Assembly (NCBI GenBank): GCA_965223505.1
Contig: CBDCWP010000039.1
Location: 192,001 to 256,000 of the forward strand
Reading direction: 5' to 3'
Length of the DNA: 64,000 nt
Source of the DNA: Planctomycetota bacterium
Lineage (GTDB): Bacteria; Planctomycetota; PLA2; JAEUHO01
A program made the translations under genes and the position numbers. The notes beneath the pieces are model-generated. The model made no database searches. It was not told where the DNA came from and worked only from the letters and a program-made list of their open reading frames with translations. Shown here one piece after another: positions 28,385 to 38,570 of the stretch; positions within the stretch are counted from its first letter, which is position 1; each line of letters opens with the position of its first letter.

Positions 28385-30520
28385 ATGCTTCGCGCCATCG
28401 CGATCGGAACGTTGCAGTTCGCCCTTTCCCTGTCCCTTGCCGCCTGCGGTGCGTCGAACGGCGGAGACGCTGACGGCAATGCCGGCGGTGGCGGCAATGG
28501 GGGCGGCACCACGAACCTCGGCCCGGCGTCGGCCACGATCACCTGGCCGCCGGCGGGCTTCCTGACCGACCACCCCTTCATTCGTGTGCGCGGCACCGCC
28601 GCCGATCCGGACGGCGTCGCTGGCGTGACGGTGAACGGTACGGCCGCCACGAGTATGGACGGCTTCGCCCACTGGGAGGCGCTGGTGCCGCTCGCCGGCG
28701 GAACGGTGTCACTCGTCACTGCCGTCGAGGACACACTCGCCGCCGTCACGAGTCCAGCGGCCCCCGCGCTGACCGCGACGCGAGTCCCCTACGTGTCAGC
28801 GCATCCGGAGGCGATGGCATGGCACGCACCGAGCCAGCGTCACGTCATCCTGGACAGCGAACGGCGGTCCCTCGTCGCCGTGGACCCCGTCACCGGCATG
28901 GGGGCCGAGCTCAGCGGTCCGTTCGTCGGCACCGGGCTCGACCTGATCGACCCGCGGGACTTCGTCCTGGACCCCGCGTCGCCGAATCACGCGTATGTCG
29001 TGGACCGGACGCAGCAGGCCGTGCTCCACGTGGACTTGCTCACCGGGGACCGGCTGATTCACTCGGGCCCCGCGGTGGGCACCGGCGTGGCCTTGTCCCG
29101 GCCGATCTCGATCGACTACGACACGGCGGGAGCCCGACTGCTCGTCGGCGACGCGCAGCTCGACGCCCTGCTGGCCGTGGACCCGGCGACCGGCAATCGC
29201 ACGGAGCTGTCGGGCCCGAGCGTGGGCACGGGACCTTCGTTGGCGGAGCCGAAGCGCTTGACCCTGTGGCAGGGCAAGGCCCTGGTCCTGGAGACGTGGC
29301 AGCGGGTGCTGATCACGGTGGACCTCGCGACGGGTCACCGCACCATCGTTTCCAACTTCCTCGATGCCAACCAAGGGCTCGTCGTCGGCGCGCCCGCCGG
29401 TTGCCTGGTCGACGAGACGACGAGCACGGCCTACTTCGGCGCCTTCCCGGGCAACGTCCTCGAGGTCGATCTCACGACCGGCCTGCGCACACTCCTTTCG
29501 GCTCCGTCGATCGGTTCGGGCCCCGTCCTTCGCAACGTGGCCGCGCTGACCCACGGGCCCGGCGCGAACGAGATTTCCGCGTTCGATTGGGAGTTCGGCG
29601 CCATCCGCAGCATCGATCGAACGACGGGCGACCGCACGGCGGTGTACCGGCCCGCGCGCGGAACCGGCACGCACATCGAGCGTCCCGCCGGTCTTGCGCT
29701 GGCGGCCGACGGCCAGTCGCTCTACCTCATGGACGCGTACACGCAGCTGCTGCGTGTCGACGTCGCCACCGCGGATCGCGTCTCCGTGCCGGTCTCGGGT
29801 TCGCCCGTGATCTCGGCGCAGGGTCTCGCGTTGGACGCGTTGGGCAACCGCCTCTTCACGCGTGGCTCCATCGGCGGGCTGCCGGTGATCCATGCCGTGG
29901 ATCTGCTCACGAACACGAAGAGCGTCATCGCCGGCAACGGCGTGGGCACGGGCCCGATGGACTACCTGCGCGGCCTGGTCTTCGACCCACTCCAGGCTCG
30001 GCTCCTCGTCGCCCGCTACACCCCCGGATCGATCCTCGGCGTCGATCCCGCGATCGGAGACCGCGTCGAGCTGTCCGGGCCGAACGTCGGCACCGGCTAC
30101 GCCACGTCTGTCGTCGATCTCGACCTCGTTCCCGGCACCGGCGACGCGTTCGTGGCGGCGTCCAATGGGTACGTCATCGCTGTGGATCCGACAACGGGCG
30201 ACCGTACGGTCGTGAGCAGCATCGTGGTGGGGACGGGGCCGAGCATCCCGGTCAGCGGCACGATCCGCCTCGTGTTCGACGGCACAGCGGGGCGCGTGCT
30301 GGTCGTGTCCCGGGGGAAGGTGATGTCGGTCGACCCGGTCAGCGGTGAACGCGTGGTCGTGAGCGACGTTGCAACCGGCGTCGGCCCCGTCATCTCGGCG
30401 TTCGGCGGCGACATCGCCCTCGACGCGCAGCGTGGCGTGCTCTGGATCGCCGACAACGGCACGAATTCGTTGACGGCCGTCGACCTGACCTCGGGCGATC
30501 GCGTCGTCGTCTCCCGCTAG
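28385..30520 (+). CDS. lipoprotein: Ig-like domain plus ~12 beta-propeller-type repeats
   Basis: lipobox LAAC; repeated VD(P/L)xTGxRxxxSGPxVGTG. Confidence 0.75.
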   Translation: MLRAIAIGTLQFALSLSLAACGASNGGDADGNAGGGGNGGGTTNLGPASATITWPPAGFLTDHPFIRVRGTAADPDGVAGVTVNGTAATSMDGFAHWEALVPLAGGTVSLVTAVEDTLAAVTSPAAPALTATRVPYVSAHPEAMAWHAPSQRHVILDSERRSLVAVDPVTGMGAELSGPFVGTGLDLIDPRDFVLDPASPNHAYVVDRTQQAVLHVDLLTGDRLIHSGPAVGTGVALSRPISIDYDTAGARLLVGDAQLDALLAVDPATGNRTELSGPSVGTGPSLAEPKRLTLWQGKALVLETWQRVLITVDLATGHRTIVSNFLDANQGLVVGAPAGCLVDETTSTAYFGAFPGNVLEVDLTTGLRTLLSAPSIGSGPVLRNVAALTHGPGANEISAFDWEFGAIRSIDRTTGDRTAVYRPARGTGTHIERPAGLALAADGQSLYLMDAYTQLLRVDVATADRVSVPVSGSPVISAQGLALDALGNRLFTRGSIGGLPVIHAVDLLTNTKSVIAGNGVGTGPMDYLRGLVFDPLQARLLVARYTPGSILGVDPAIGDRVELSGPNVGTGYATSVVDLDLVPGTGDAFVAASNGYVIAVDPTTGDRTVVSSIVVGTGPSIPVSGTIRLVFDGTAGRVLVVSRGKVMSVDPVSGERVVVSDVATGVGPVISAFGGDIALDAQRGVLWIADNGTNSLTAVDLTSGDRVVVSR

Positions 30521-30640
30521 GCCTGCGGTACACCCGCCGTCCGAACGCCCTCGTCGACGCTGAAGGAAGCGTCCTCGAATGGCGCCGGCTGCCGAGGTCG
30601 GGCTCGGCAGCCGGGCGTCGACCTGCCGTCGTCGCGAGTG

Positions 30641-31819
30641 CTAGTCGTCGTCCCTGCGGGAGCGGCGGCGGTCGTTCCGCTCTCGGCGGTCCCGGTGGTC
30701 GCGCACCTTCCGACGATGATCTCGCACGACGGGCTCGCGACGATCGCGGTGATCGCGGACGATCGGCTTGCGGCGGTCGCGGTGATCGCGGACGATCGGC
30801 TCGCGGCGGTCGCGGTGATCGCGGACGATTGGCTCGCGGCGGTCGCGATGGTCACGGACGACGGGCTCGCGACGGTCGCGGTGATCACGGACGACCGGCT
30901 CGCGGCGGTCACGGTGGTCCCGGACGACGGGCTCGCGGCGGTCGCGAAGGTCCCGGACGACCGGCTCGCGGCGGTCGCGATGGTCCCGGACGACGGGCTC
31001 GCGGCGGTCGCGGTGATCACGGACGACGGGTTCGCGGCGGTCACGGTGGTCCCGGACGACGGGCTCGCGGCGGTCGCGGTGGTCCCGGACGACGGGCTCG
31101 CGGCGGTCGCGGTGGTCCCGGACGACGGGCTCGCGGCGGTCGCGATGGTCACGGACGACGGGTTCGCGGCGGTCGCGATGGTCCCGGACGACGGGCTCGC
31201 GGCGGTCACGGTGATCACGGACGACGGGTTCGCGGCGGTCACGATGGTCCCGGACGACCGGCTCGCGGCGGTCGCGATGGTCACGGACGACGGGTTTGCG
31301 GCGGTCACGGTGGTCCCGGACGACGGGCTCGCGGCGGTCACGGTGATCACGGACGACGGGTTCGCGGCGGTCACGGACGACCGGCTCGCGGCGGTCGCGA
31401 TGGTCCCGGACGACCGGCTCGCGGCGGTCGCGATGGTCGCGCACGACCGGCTCGCGGCGGTCGCGATGGTCCCGGACGACGGGCTCGCGGCGGTCGCGGG
31501 GCGCGGGCACGCCGCGCTCGTGCCCCGTCACGATCGGCGGACGACGACGGTCACGGTGATCACGGACGACCGGCTCGCGGCGGTCGCGGGGCGCGGGCAC
31601 GCCGCGTTCGTGCCCCGTCACGATCGGCGGACGACGACGGTCACGGCGGTCGCGCGGCGCGGGCACGCGGTGCTCGTCCCTACGTACCGGCGCTGCCCGC
31701 GGGGAGCCGGAGTCCGTTCGTGAAGGGGATTGGGGCGTTTCGCCGTCCTCCCCGGCAAGGGCCAGGGCGGGGGCCGTCAGGATGGCAGCGAGGATCGCGG
31801 GGAGACAGAGGGACTTCAC
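30641..31819 (-). CDS. secreted low-complexity protein with (VVRDHRDRREP)n repeats
   Basis: AAGGAG RBS, GTG start, signal peptide ..ALALA; repeat variation mostly synonymous in this frame. Confidence 0.7.
   Translation of the reverse strand: MKSLCLPAILAAILTAPALALAGEDGETPQSPSRTDSGSPRAAPVRRDEHRVPAPRDRRDRRRPPIVTGHERGVPAPRDRREPVVRDHRDRRRPPIVTGHERGVPAPRDRREPVVRDHRDRREPVVRDHRDRREPVVRDHRDRREPVVRDRREPVVRDHRDRREPVVRDHRDRRKPVVRDHRDRREPVVRDHRDRREPVVRDHRDRREPVVRDHRDRREPVVRDHRDRREPVVRDHRDRREPVVRDHRDRREPVVRDHRDRREPVVRDHRDRREPVVRDHRDRREPVVRDLRDRREPVVRDHRDRREPVVRDHRDRREPVVRDHRDRREPIVRDHRDRREPIVRDHRDRRKPIVRDHRDRREPVVRDHRRKVRDHRDRRERNDRRRSRRDDD
30715..31650 (-). repeat. 33-bp tandem repeat, about 23 units, plus two longer composite units
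   Basis: unit like GGCTCGCGGCGGTCGCGGTGGTCCCGGACGACG on + strand. Confidence 0.92.
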
Positions 31820-32020
31820 GTCGGCTCCTTTCGAGCGGGGTTCGCGACCTAACTCCCCGCTCGCCTCGAGGGGGGACCCACATTTCCGGATTCGTTCAGC
31901 GACGCGGCGCCTGCGGCGCGGGCAGCGCCGACGTGGCCCGCACGCTGCGTGCTCGACGATCCCTGCCGTTGGCGCGGATGACGGCCCGTTTCGAGGTGGC
32001 GACGGACCCCTGGTCACGCC

Positions 32021-33484
32021 TCAATCGAGTGCGAGCGGCTCACGGGCGAGCTTCCAGCCGCTCAGCTCGATCACTCTGGAAGTCGTCTTCGAACCGATCT
32101 TGACCTTGAACAGGATCCGCCTCGGTGCGAGTACGCCGTGCGTCTTCGTGTAGGTCACCTCGGCTTCGCGAACGATCTCGTCGGGGCCGCCTTTGTCTAC
32201 GACTTCGCGCCACGTGACCGGCACATGGTGAGGAAACGGCACCGTCTCGTGGAAGCCGGGCTCCCGGACCTGCCGGTGGTACCGGAACGTGGTCACGTTC
32301 AGCATCTCGATGTCGTAGGCGTCCTCGTAGATCGTCGAGAGGACTCCATTGGGTTCGAACACGAAGGTCGAGATCGCGTCGCCCGGGGCGTCCAGTCCCT
32401 CGGTGATCTCAACACGTCCGTCTTTCTTGTTCGTCTTCACGGGCTGGGACCCCAGCTGCCTGCGAACCCAGTAGCGCTGGAAGCAGTGGTCAAGGAGCTT
32501 GCGCCAGTGTTGCGTGACGTACACGAACGTCAGACCGAACGGCTTCGTCTCGGCCGGCTCGTCCCAGTCCACCCGTCCCTGCTCGGACTCGAAACGGTAG
32601 GTTCCCCGGATCGTCCGCTCACCCTCCGTGAATGAGACGCGACAGTTCGCGTCGCGGTACCGCCACAGCCCGGGGTGGTATCCGATCGCCTCCCAGCGCT
32701 CGATGGCCTTGCGCGCATCGGCATCGAGCTCGGGCCCTCGCTCCCTGCCGAACTTCCACTGCCGCAATGTGAGGGCGAGGGGCACGGTCTGCGACGCGGT
32801 CTTCATCTCCAGTGCGACGCGGACCGGGACGGCGTGCCCCCGAACACGCACCCACGTCAGCGTGCCGTCCTCGCTCATCGTGCCGTAGCTGGGGATCGTC
32901 CGAGTGACCCGGTACTGCCGCAGCAGGTGCAGATCGTGCCACTTGCGGTAGCCGAGGGAGATCTCGACCGGGTGCGGCTTCACGCCGGGCATGCGCGCCG
33001 TTGCCGAGATGCCGACGAGTACTCCGGTCCGATCGAAGCGGAACGCGCGGTAGGGCGACTTCCCTTCGACGATCACATCGGTGCCTGCTGCGCCGGGTCT
33101 GGACCGAAGCCTGCAGTTTCTCAGGTACTGTTCCCGTCCGGTGGCGCGCAGCAGCGTCTCGAGCACCATCATCCACGAACCGTGCTCGTACGCACCGCCG
33201 TCTGCGGATACGTGCCAGGCGTACTTCAGACCTCTGAAACCGAACCTCAGAATGCCGTCGAGCACGGTCCGCCGCGGCGACGTCGTGGTGTAGAGCTGGA
33301 GTTTACACTCTCCACTCCCGGCGCCGCCTCGATCGAGGTTGTATTCCTTCGCCCGCCACCCGTTCAGCAGTTCTTTCGACCGCGCATCCATCTCGAGCCC
33401 GGGGATGGAGAGATCCTTGGCGAGGACGCAGGCGTCGTGTGAAAGGAAGACGAGGATGGGGAGGACGAGGCGAGACACGGACAT
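32021..33484 (-). CDS. hypothetical secreted protein, probable internal two-domain duplication
   Basis: GGAGG RBS, signal peptide; both halves end in similar beta motifs (LTLRQWKF / IELSGWKL). Confidence 0.65.
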   Translation of the reverse strand: MSVSRLVLPILVFLSHDACVLAKDLSIPGLEMDARSKELLNGWRAKEYNLDRGGAGSGECKLQLYTTTSPRRTVLDGILRFGFRGLKYAWHVSADGGAYEHGSWMMVLETLLRATGREQYLRNCRLRSRPGAAGTDVIVEGKSPYRAFRFDRTGVLVGISATARMPGVKPHPVEISLGYRKWHDLHLLRQYRVTRTIPSYGTMSEDGTLTWVRVRGHAVPVRVALEMKTASQTVPLALTLRQWKFGRERGPELDADARKAIERWEAIGYHPGLWRYRDANCRVSFTEGERTIRGTYRFESEQGRVDWDEPAETKPFGLTFVYVTQHWRKLLDHCFQRYWVRRQLGSQPVKTNKKDGRVEITEGLDAPGDAISTFVFEPNGVLSTIYEDAYDIEMLNVTTFRYHRQVREPGFHETVPFPHHVPVTWREVVDKGGPDEIVREAEVTYTKTHGVLAPRRILFKVKIGSKTTSRVIELSGWKLAREPLALD

Positions 33485-34056
33485 GCGACCTCCAGCGCCC
33501 AGGATGCCCGCAGGCGGAGGTGGACTGCAAGCCTGCGCGCGCTCGCTCTTTCGTGGGGGCCCTGCGCCCGAGTCTCAGGCTCGTGGAGGCTGCATCTCTG
33601 GGTCCGGCGACAGGTTCATCGTGCTGGCATTGATCGCGGGCCGCCATCACGACCTCAGTTTGAGACATCGGCCGAAGTGCTCGAGGGCAGGGCCGAGCGG
33701 CGATCGCGCCATTCGTGGAGAGACGATCCACGAGCCGGCGGGTGGCGGGCCCCTGTCGTCCAAGAAATGGGGGCCCAGCGAGGTTCAGTTGCCAAGAGCC
33801 GATTCGGACGTTCAGGCCGCTCGCACGCAACCGTCTAGGTGTTGACGTCGAACCGCCGCTTGAGCAGGATCGCGGATCGTGAGAAGGACGAAAGTACGTC
33901 GGGGGCCGGCTGGGGACCCGAACGCTGCATGCGGCGCGGCCGCGACTCCAGGGCGGCGCCTCGTTCACGCGATGACCGCTTTCGTCGCGCAGATGGATTT
34001 CACTGTTTCGTCGTCAGATCCTGTATCTGCGCGGCGACTTGCTTGGAGGAAGTGAA

Positions 34057-34590
34057 GTGGCAGTCAGTAGAATTCTGAAGAGTGCAGTGCTTGTCGCGGT
34101 TTGTTCGGCCGTAACGGCAAGTGGGGGCGTGTCCCACGCGGGTGGTGACGGTGCGGTTCGCTTCGACGGAGTCGGGCACGGAACCATTCTCCCGCAGCCC
34201 GACCCGACAAAGGAGATCGCTGCGCTTTCGGGTGTGGCGACAGTCCTGGGCAGGTTCACGGCCCTGCTCGAGACCGACAAGACCTTGATCGAGTTCGTCG
34301 GTTTCGATCCGAAGACGGGCGCGCCCATTCTCCGAGGTTTCTCCGAGATCACGCTCACAGACGCGAACGGCGATGAGCTGTGGGCGCTCGGCATCATCGA
34401 GGGCGTCTTCGATGTCGTGGACGAGAACTGGCCGCAGTTCGAGCTGCACATGGAGTTGATCGGGGGCACCGGGCGCTTCGCCGGTGCAACCGGGTCGGCC
34501 GACGGCAAGGGTGGTCAGGCCACAATTCCCGGAGAGGACAACGACCTGATTCGCGGCAGGTGGACGGGCACGCTCTGCCTGGACGAATAG
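34057..34590 (+). CDS. hypothetical secreted beta-barrel protein
   Basis: GGAGGA RBS, signal peptide, ITLTDANGDEL and GGTGRFAGATG motifs. Confidence 0.65.
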   Translation: MAVSRILKSAVLVAVCSAVTASGGVSHAGGDGAVRFDGVGHGTILPQPDPTKEIAALSGVATVLGRFTALLETDKTLIEFVGFDPKTGAPILRGFSEITLTDANGDELWALGIIEGVFDVVDENWPQFELHMELIGGTGRFAGATGSADGKGGQATIPGEDNDLIRGRWTGTLCLDE

Positions 34591-35082
34591 GAGGCGCTGC
34601 GGCAGGTCGGAACTCCTGCCGCATTTCCTCGCGCGATCAGTTCGTGGCGTTCTCCGCGGCCGCCCTCAGCTGAGCGACCAGTTCGCCCAGGACGATTTGC
34701 GCCTCGGCCGTTGCGCCCGGGCGCCGGCACCGGGTTTGGGACGCCGCGAATATGCGCGAGGAGCTCCACCATCTCCGGGAGCTTGGGGGGGCTTGTCGAG
34801 GTTCGCCAGCCTGCCGACCAGATGCCGCTGCGCGCGGCGAGCCGTGCTGTGTGCCTCGACATTCGGGTGGAACGTGTCGAGCACTCGACACGCCGGCCAT
34901 TCAAGTCGCGGCCGGGTATGGTCGGGGCGACCCGAGTCGATACACATCCGCGACCCGTGCTGGGGGCGGTGCGGTTGGTCCTGTAGGTCGGCTGTTCTGG
35001 CGCCCCGGAGGTGGGTCGTGCCGGAGGAGAGGCAGCAGGACGCCGGCGCCCTTGCCTCCCGAGCACCGCTGGCGTGAAATGC

Positions 35083-35234
35083 ATGTGGCGAATCCCCGCC
35101 TCGTTGACGGAGCGCGTGCGCGTAGTAGCAGTTGTCACCGTCTGTGTGCTGACGCTCCTCGGCCCCGCTGCCGCTGAGGACGACAAGCGGGAGCCCAAGG
35201 CTCCGCCTGAGCCTCTCACCACGGAGCAGGCCGC
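35083..35234 (+). pseudogene. 5' stub of a secreted-protein gene truncated at the IS256 junction
   Basis: MWRIP..VVAVVTVCVLTLLGPAAAEDDK.. signal peptide runs into IS sequence at 35235. Confidence 0.5.
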
Positions 35235-36294
35235 CGCCGCGGCTACGCCAACGGCTTCAAGCGCAAGCGCGTCAGAACCCGCTTGGGCGAGATCGACGTC
35301 CAGGTGCCCCAGGTTCGCGACGTCGAGGGCGGCGACACGTTCTACCCCTCCAGCCTCGAACGCGGCCAGCGAAGCGAGAGAGCGCTCACGCTGGCCCTGG
35401 CGGAGATGTACGTCCAGGGCGTCTCGACGCGGCGTGTCGAGGCGATCACGAAGGTGCTTTGCAACGGCCTGGAGATCAGCTCCACGAGCGTGTCTCGAGC
35501 AGCTGCGCTGCTCGACGAGGAGCTCGAGCGCTGGCGCACACGTCCGCTCGGCGCGTTCAAGTACCTCGTACTCGACGCTCGCTACGAGAAGGTGCGCCAC
35601 GGCGGATCGGTGCGCGACTGCGCTGTGCTGATCGCCATCGGCGTCGATTCTCACGGCAAGCGCAGCGTGCTGGGAACGAGCGTGAGCCTCTCGGAGGCCG
35701 AGGTCCATTGGCGCGAGTTCCTCGCTTCTCTCCAGGATCGCGGCCTTCACGGCGTCGAGCTCATCACCAGCGACGGCCACAAGGGCATTGCGGCCGCGCT
35801 GGCGGCGCGGTTCGCCGGCGTGGCCTGGCAGCGCTGCCAGTTCCACCTGCAGCAGAACGCGCAGAGCTACGTTCCGCGCCAGAAGCTTCGACGCGACGTT
35901 GCCGCTGACCTTCGCGCCGCGTTCAATGCGACGTCGCGTCGCGAGGCCGAAGAGAAGCTCAAGGCCTTCGTGAAGAAGTGGGACAAGCCCGCGCCCGACC
36001 TGGCGCGCTGGGCCGAAGAGAACATTCCGCAGGGCTTCACCGTGTTCGATCTCGGCCTGAACGAAGCGCAGCGCAAGCGCCTTCGCACCACCAACAGCCT
36101 CGAGAACCTGAATCAGCAGATCCGCCGCCGCACTCGCGTTGCCGGACTCTTTCCAAACGAAGCGTCCTTGCTGCGGCTCGCAAGCGCGGTGCTCATCGAG
36201 ATCAGCGAGGAATGGGAAACCGGACGGAGGTACTTGCCGAGGGACGACGCTTGATCAACCGCTCAGCGATTTACAGAAAGAACGTTGCTCTGCC
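35235..36294 (+). mobile_element. IS256-family element, 5'-truncated copy
   Basis: matches 38909-39968 (offset 3674); right IR present, left IR and transposase start missing. Confidence 0.92.
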
Positions 36295-36575
36295 CTGAAC
36301 TTCCGTAGGGCCTTCTTGATGCGGAGGTAGGGAACCTTGGTGTAGTCCAAGGATCCGCCCTGGATGTGGTCGTAACTGGTGGGTGCCGGGCAGTCCTTCA
36401 CTTCGCAGAGGAGGAGGCCACTCGCGTGCTCGATGCCGTAGTCGGGGCCGCGATGCTGCTGGCCAGGTGCCGGTGGTGGCAGTCCGGGGCGAGGTTCTCG
36501 AAGCAGGTCCGGGTACTCGATCGAGTCCATGTACTCCTCGAAGAGGAGTTCAGAGGGGCGGTCGTCGTTGTCCAC
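36295..36575 (-). pseudogene. PD-(D/E)XK-like nuclease, 3' truncated by IS256; paralogue of 56845-57597
   Basis: PDY..EVKD motif; near-identical N-terminus to the 57597 gene. Confidence 0.75.
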
Positions 36576-36664
36576 GCGGGAAGCCTACCGGCCTCGGGCG
36601 ACGTGGGGACACACGACTTCTTGGCATGGGGCAGATGCGCTCGATGTCCTGTAGCCTCGGAAGC

Positions 36665-37045
36665 ATGTCCGAGACCTCGGCCTCCCACCGCCATTCGTTC
36701 TCCGTCTCCATGATCGCGCCTGATGGCCTGGCGTGCATGGAGGAGCACCTCGCTGCGACAGCGCTGCCCCTCGTGCTCTGGCGCTCCGGATACAACGGGA
36801 AACACATCCTGCGTTCTGCCCCCGGGAGCGCGCGCGACTTCGATCTCGACATGGACTCAAACGACGATGATTGCATGTTCGCCTCCGGCGCCGTCAGGGG
36901 GGGGCTCGACGACGCTGCTCGGCTGCTTGAGTCCCTGTCCACCTGCTTGAGGGCGGCATCGGTTCCGCACGAGATTCTGTTGGACGATCCCAAGGGTGCC
37001 CTGGCCAAACGATGGGGTTGGCGCTGGTTGGAGCGAAAACCGTGA
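36665..37045 (+). CDS. hypothetical protein
   Basis: ORF coupled by GTGA to next gene. Confidence 0.55.
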   Translation: MSETSASHRHSFSVSMIAPDGLACMEEHLAATALPLVLWRSGYNGKHILRSAPGSARDFDLDMDSNDDDCMFASGAVRGGLDDAARLLESLSTCLRAASVPHEILLDDPKGALAKRWGWRWLERKP

Positions 37046-37956
37046 CCCCCAAGGCTCTAGAGGAACTCACACGCGATGCCTTGGAGGCCACAGCGGTTCT
37101 GGACGACAGCAGGGAACTTGAACCGTTCCTGTTCAGGGTGCTGGACGCTCTCAAGCGGAACACCGGCCTACGGGACTTCGCTGCACCGATGTTCATTGCA
37201 GAACTTGAGTGCTACCGCACCTTCGTTGCCGATCTGTTGGCGTACTGCATGCATGAGTTGCGGTGGCCCGAGATCCAGCGACGAGTGACCGAACTCATGC
37301 AGCCCGAGGACACAGAGCGATGGCGCCGCAAGAGCATGGAGTACCGCTACGTGTTGGCGTCGTACGAGGACGACTGGTCGTCGCGCGACTTGTACGCCTA
37401 CTACGACGAGGGGGTACCTCCTGTGCTTTCGTCTTCGGCGCGGGAGGCAGTGCCGAGGGGGAAGACCGTCCGTATCGACTTCGATGACCTTGTTGTCCAC
37501 GTCTACGGCGGCGATGGAAAGACCGCTCATCGTCCGCTCTCAGAACTCACGCCTGAGTCCAGGCACGTCCACGGGCGTCTCACGATCTGCATCGGTGGGC
37601 GCACGGTTCCTGGGTTGGGGTACTGGGGGCCCAGCGACGTATGCATGGTTGATTGGCTGGCTGAGATGAGGAGTGTCTTGCAGGCATTCGAGAGCGACGA
37701 TGTCGGCCAGCACGCCTTTGACGAGGGTGAGCAGGGGCAGCCATCCTTCGTCTTCCGCCGCATGAGAGATCGCGGTTTCTTCACGATCGCCGACTCAGCG
37801 ATCTCGGACGGCGTTGCAGATCCGGACTGGCAGGACGTGGAGTTCGTCGCGGGGGACCTAGCCCTTGAGGTCCGTCTCCTGCTCGCGCGTTGGCTCTACG
37901 AACTCCGGGCGGGAGCACCTCGGGTTGCTGATGCCTGGATGGATAGGTGGCTCTAG
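37042..37956 (+). CDS. hypothetical protein, apparent fusion of two modules
   Basis: internal GGGAGG then in-frame GTG at 37450. Confidence 0.6.
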   Translation: MTPKALEELTRDALEATAVLDDSRELEPFLFRVLDALKRNTGLRDFAAPMFIAELECYRTFVADLLAYCMHELRWPEIQRRVTELMQPEDTERWRRKSMEYRYVLASYEDDWSSRDLYAYYDEGVPPVLSSSAREAVPRGKTVRIDFDDLVVHVYGGDGKTAHRPLSELTPESRHVHGRLTICIGGRTVPGLGYWGPSDVCMVDWLAEMRSVLQAFESDDVGQHAFDEGEQGQPSFVFRRMRDRGFFTIADSAISDGVADPDWQDVEFVAGDLALEVRLLLARWLYELRAGAPRVADAWMDRWL

Positions 37957-37977
37957 CCGCGCCCGGCTCGGAAGTGA

Positions 37978-38499
37978 CTACTTTCGACCTGTAATCCGAA
38001 TGTAGATGTCCTCGATCAAGAGCAGCGCGAGTCGGAACAGCAGGAACACGAGCATGACGGGGACGACGATTGGGGCCGCCATCCACCACCACTTACTCGC
38101 AGGTGGTGCGTCGGGATCGACAACACGTCGCTGAGGCGATCTGCTCTGTGAGATCCGCCCGTCCATGTCCCTGAGGTCGTACTCGAAACTGATGTTGCCT
38201 TCCTGATCGACCAGTGTCTCGGCGTCTTCGTCGCTGGCGAGAGCCTGCATGAACGCAAGGTTCGTGCGGTCTAGCACGTCGATGAACTCGGGCCACCGCC
38301 CCGACTGGCGCATCCACTCCTTTGACTCCCCGAGTCCGAAGCCGGTGCGGTGCAGGATTGTCAGGATGTTCCAGGGGTGGGTGCTACGCTGGTCGAGCAT
38401 TAGGGCAATCTGCTCCCGCGTTGCACCTCGTCCGTGTGCTTGCCGCGCAACGCGTTCAAGGCGCTTGAACTCGCGGCTCTCGGTGCGGAGGGGTTCCAT
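37978..38499 (-). CDS. hypothetical protein with C-terminal TM helix
   Basis: ORF; hydrophobic WWWMAAP.. tail. Confidence 0.6.
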   Translation of the reverse strand: MEPLRTESREFKRLERVARQAHGRGATREQIALMLDQRSTHPWNILTILHRTGFGLGESKEWMRQSGRWPEFIDVLDRTNLAFMQALASDEDAETLVDQEGNISFEYDLRDMDGRISQSRSPQRRVVDPDAPPASKWWWMAAPIVVPVMLVFLLFRLALLLIEDIYIRITGRK

Positions 38500-38570
38500 G
38501 TCTCTTCGATCTTGACCGGGACTGTGACGTTCTGATCAGGGTAGCGGCTCTCTCCGGCGCTCCTCGTCGA

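Noticed and set aside
30715..31650. 33-bp repeats as a CRISPR array
   Set aside because: Units are directly adjacent with no unique spacers, keep a reading frame, and no cas genes are present
30638..31723. + strand (DDGLAAVAVVP)n and other alternative-frame ORFs over the repeat
   Set aside because: Shadows of the repeat; only the - strand frame has an RBS, a signal peptide and mostly synonymous variation
34637..34950. Possible frameshifted gene remnant on the - strand
   Set aside because: Plausible peptide pieces across frames but no recognisable family; cannot be supported
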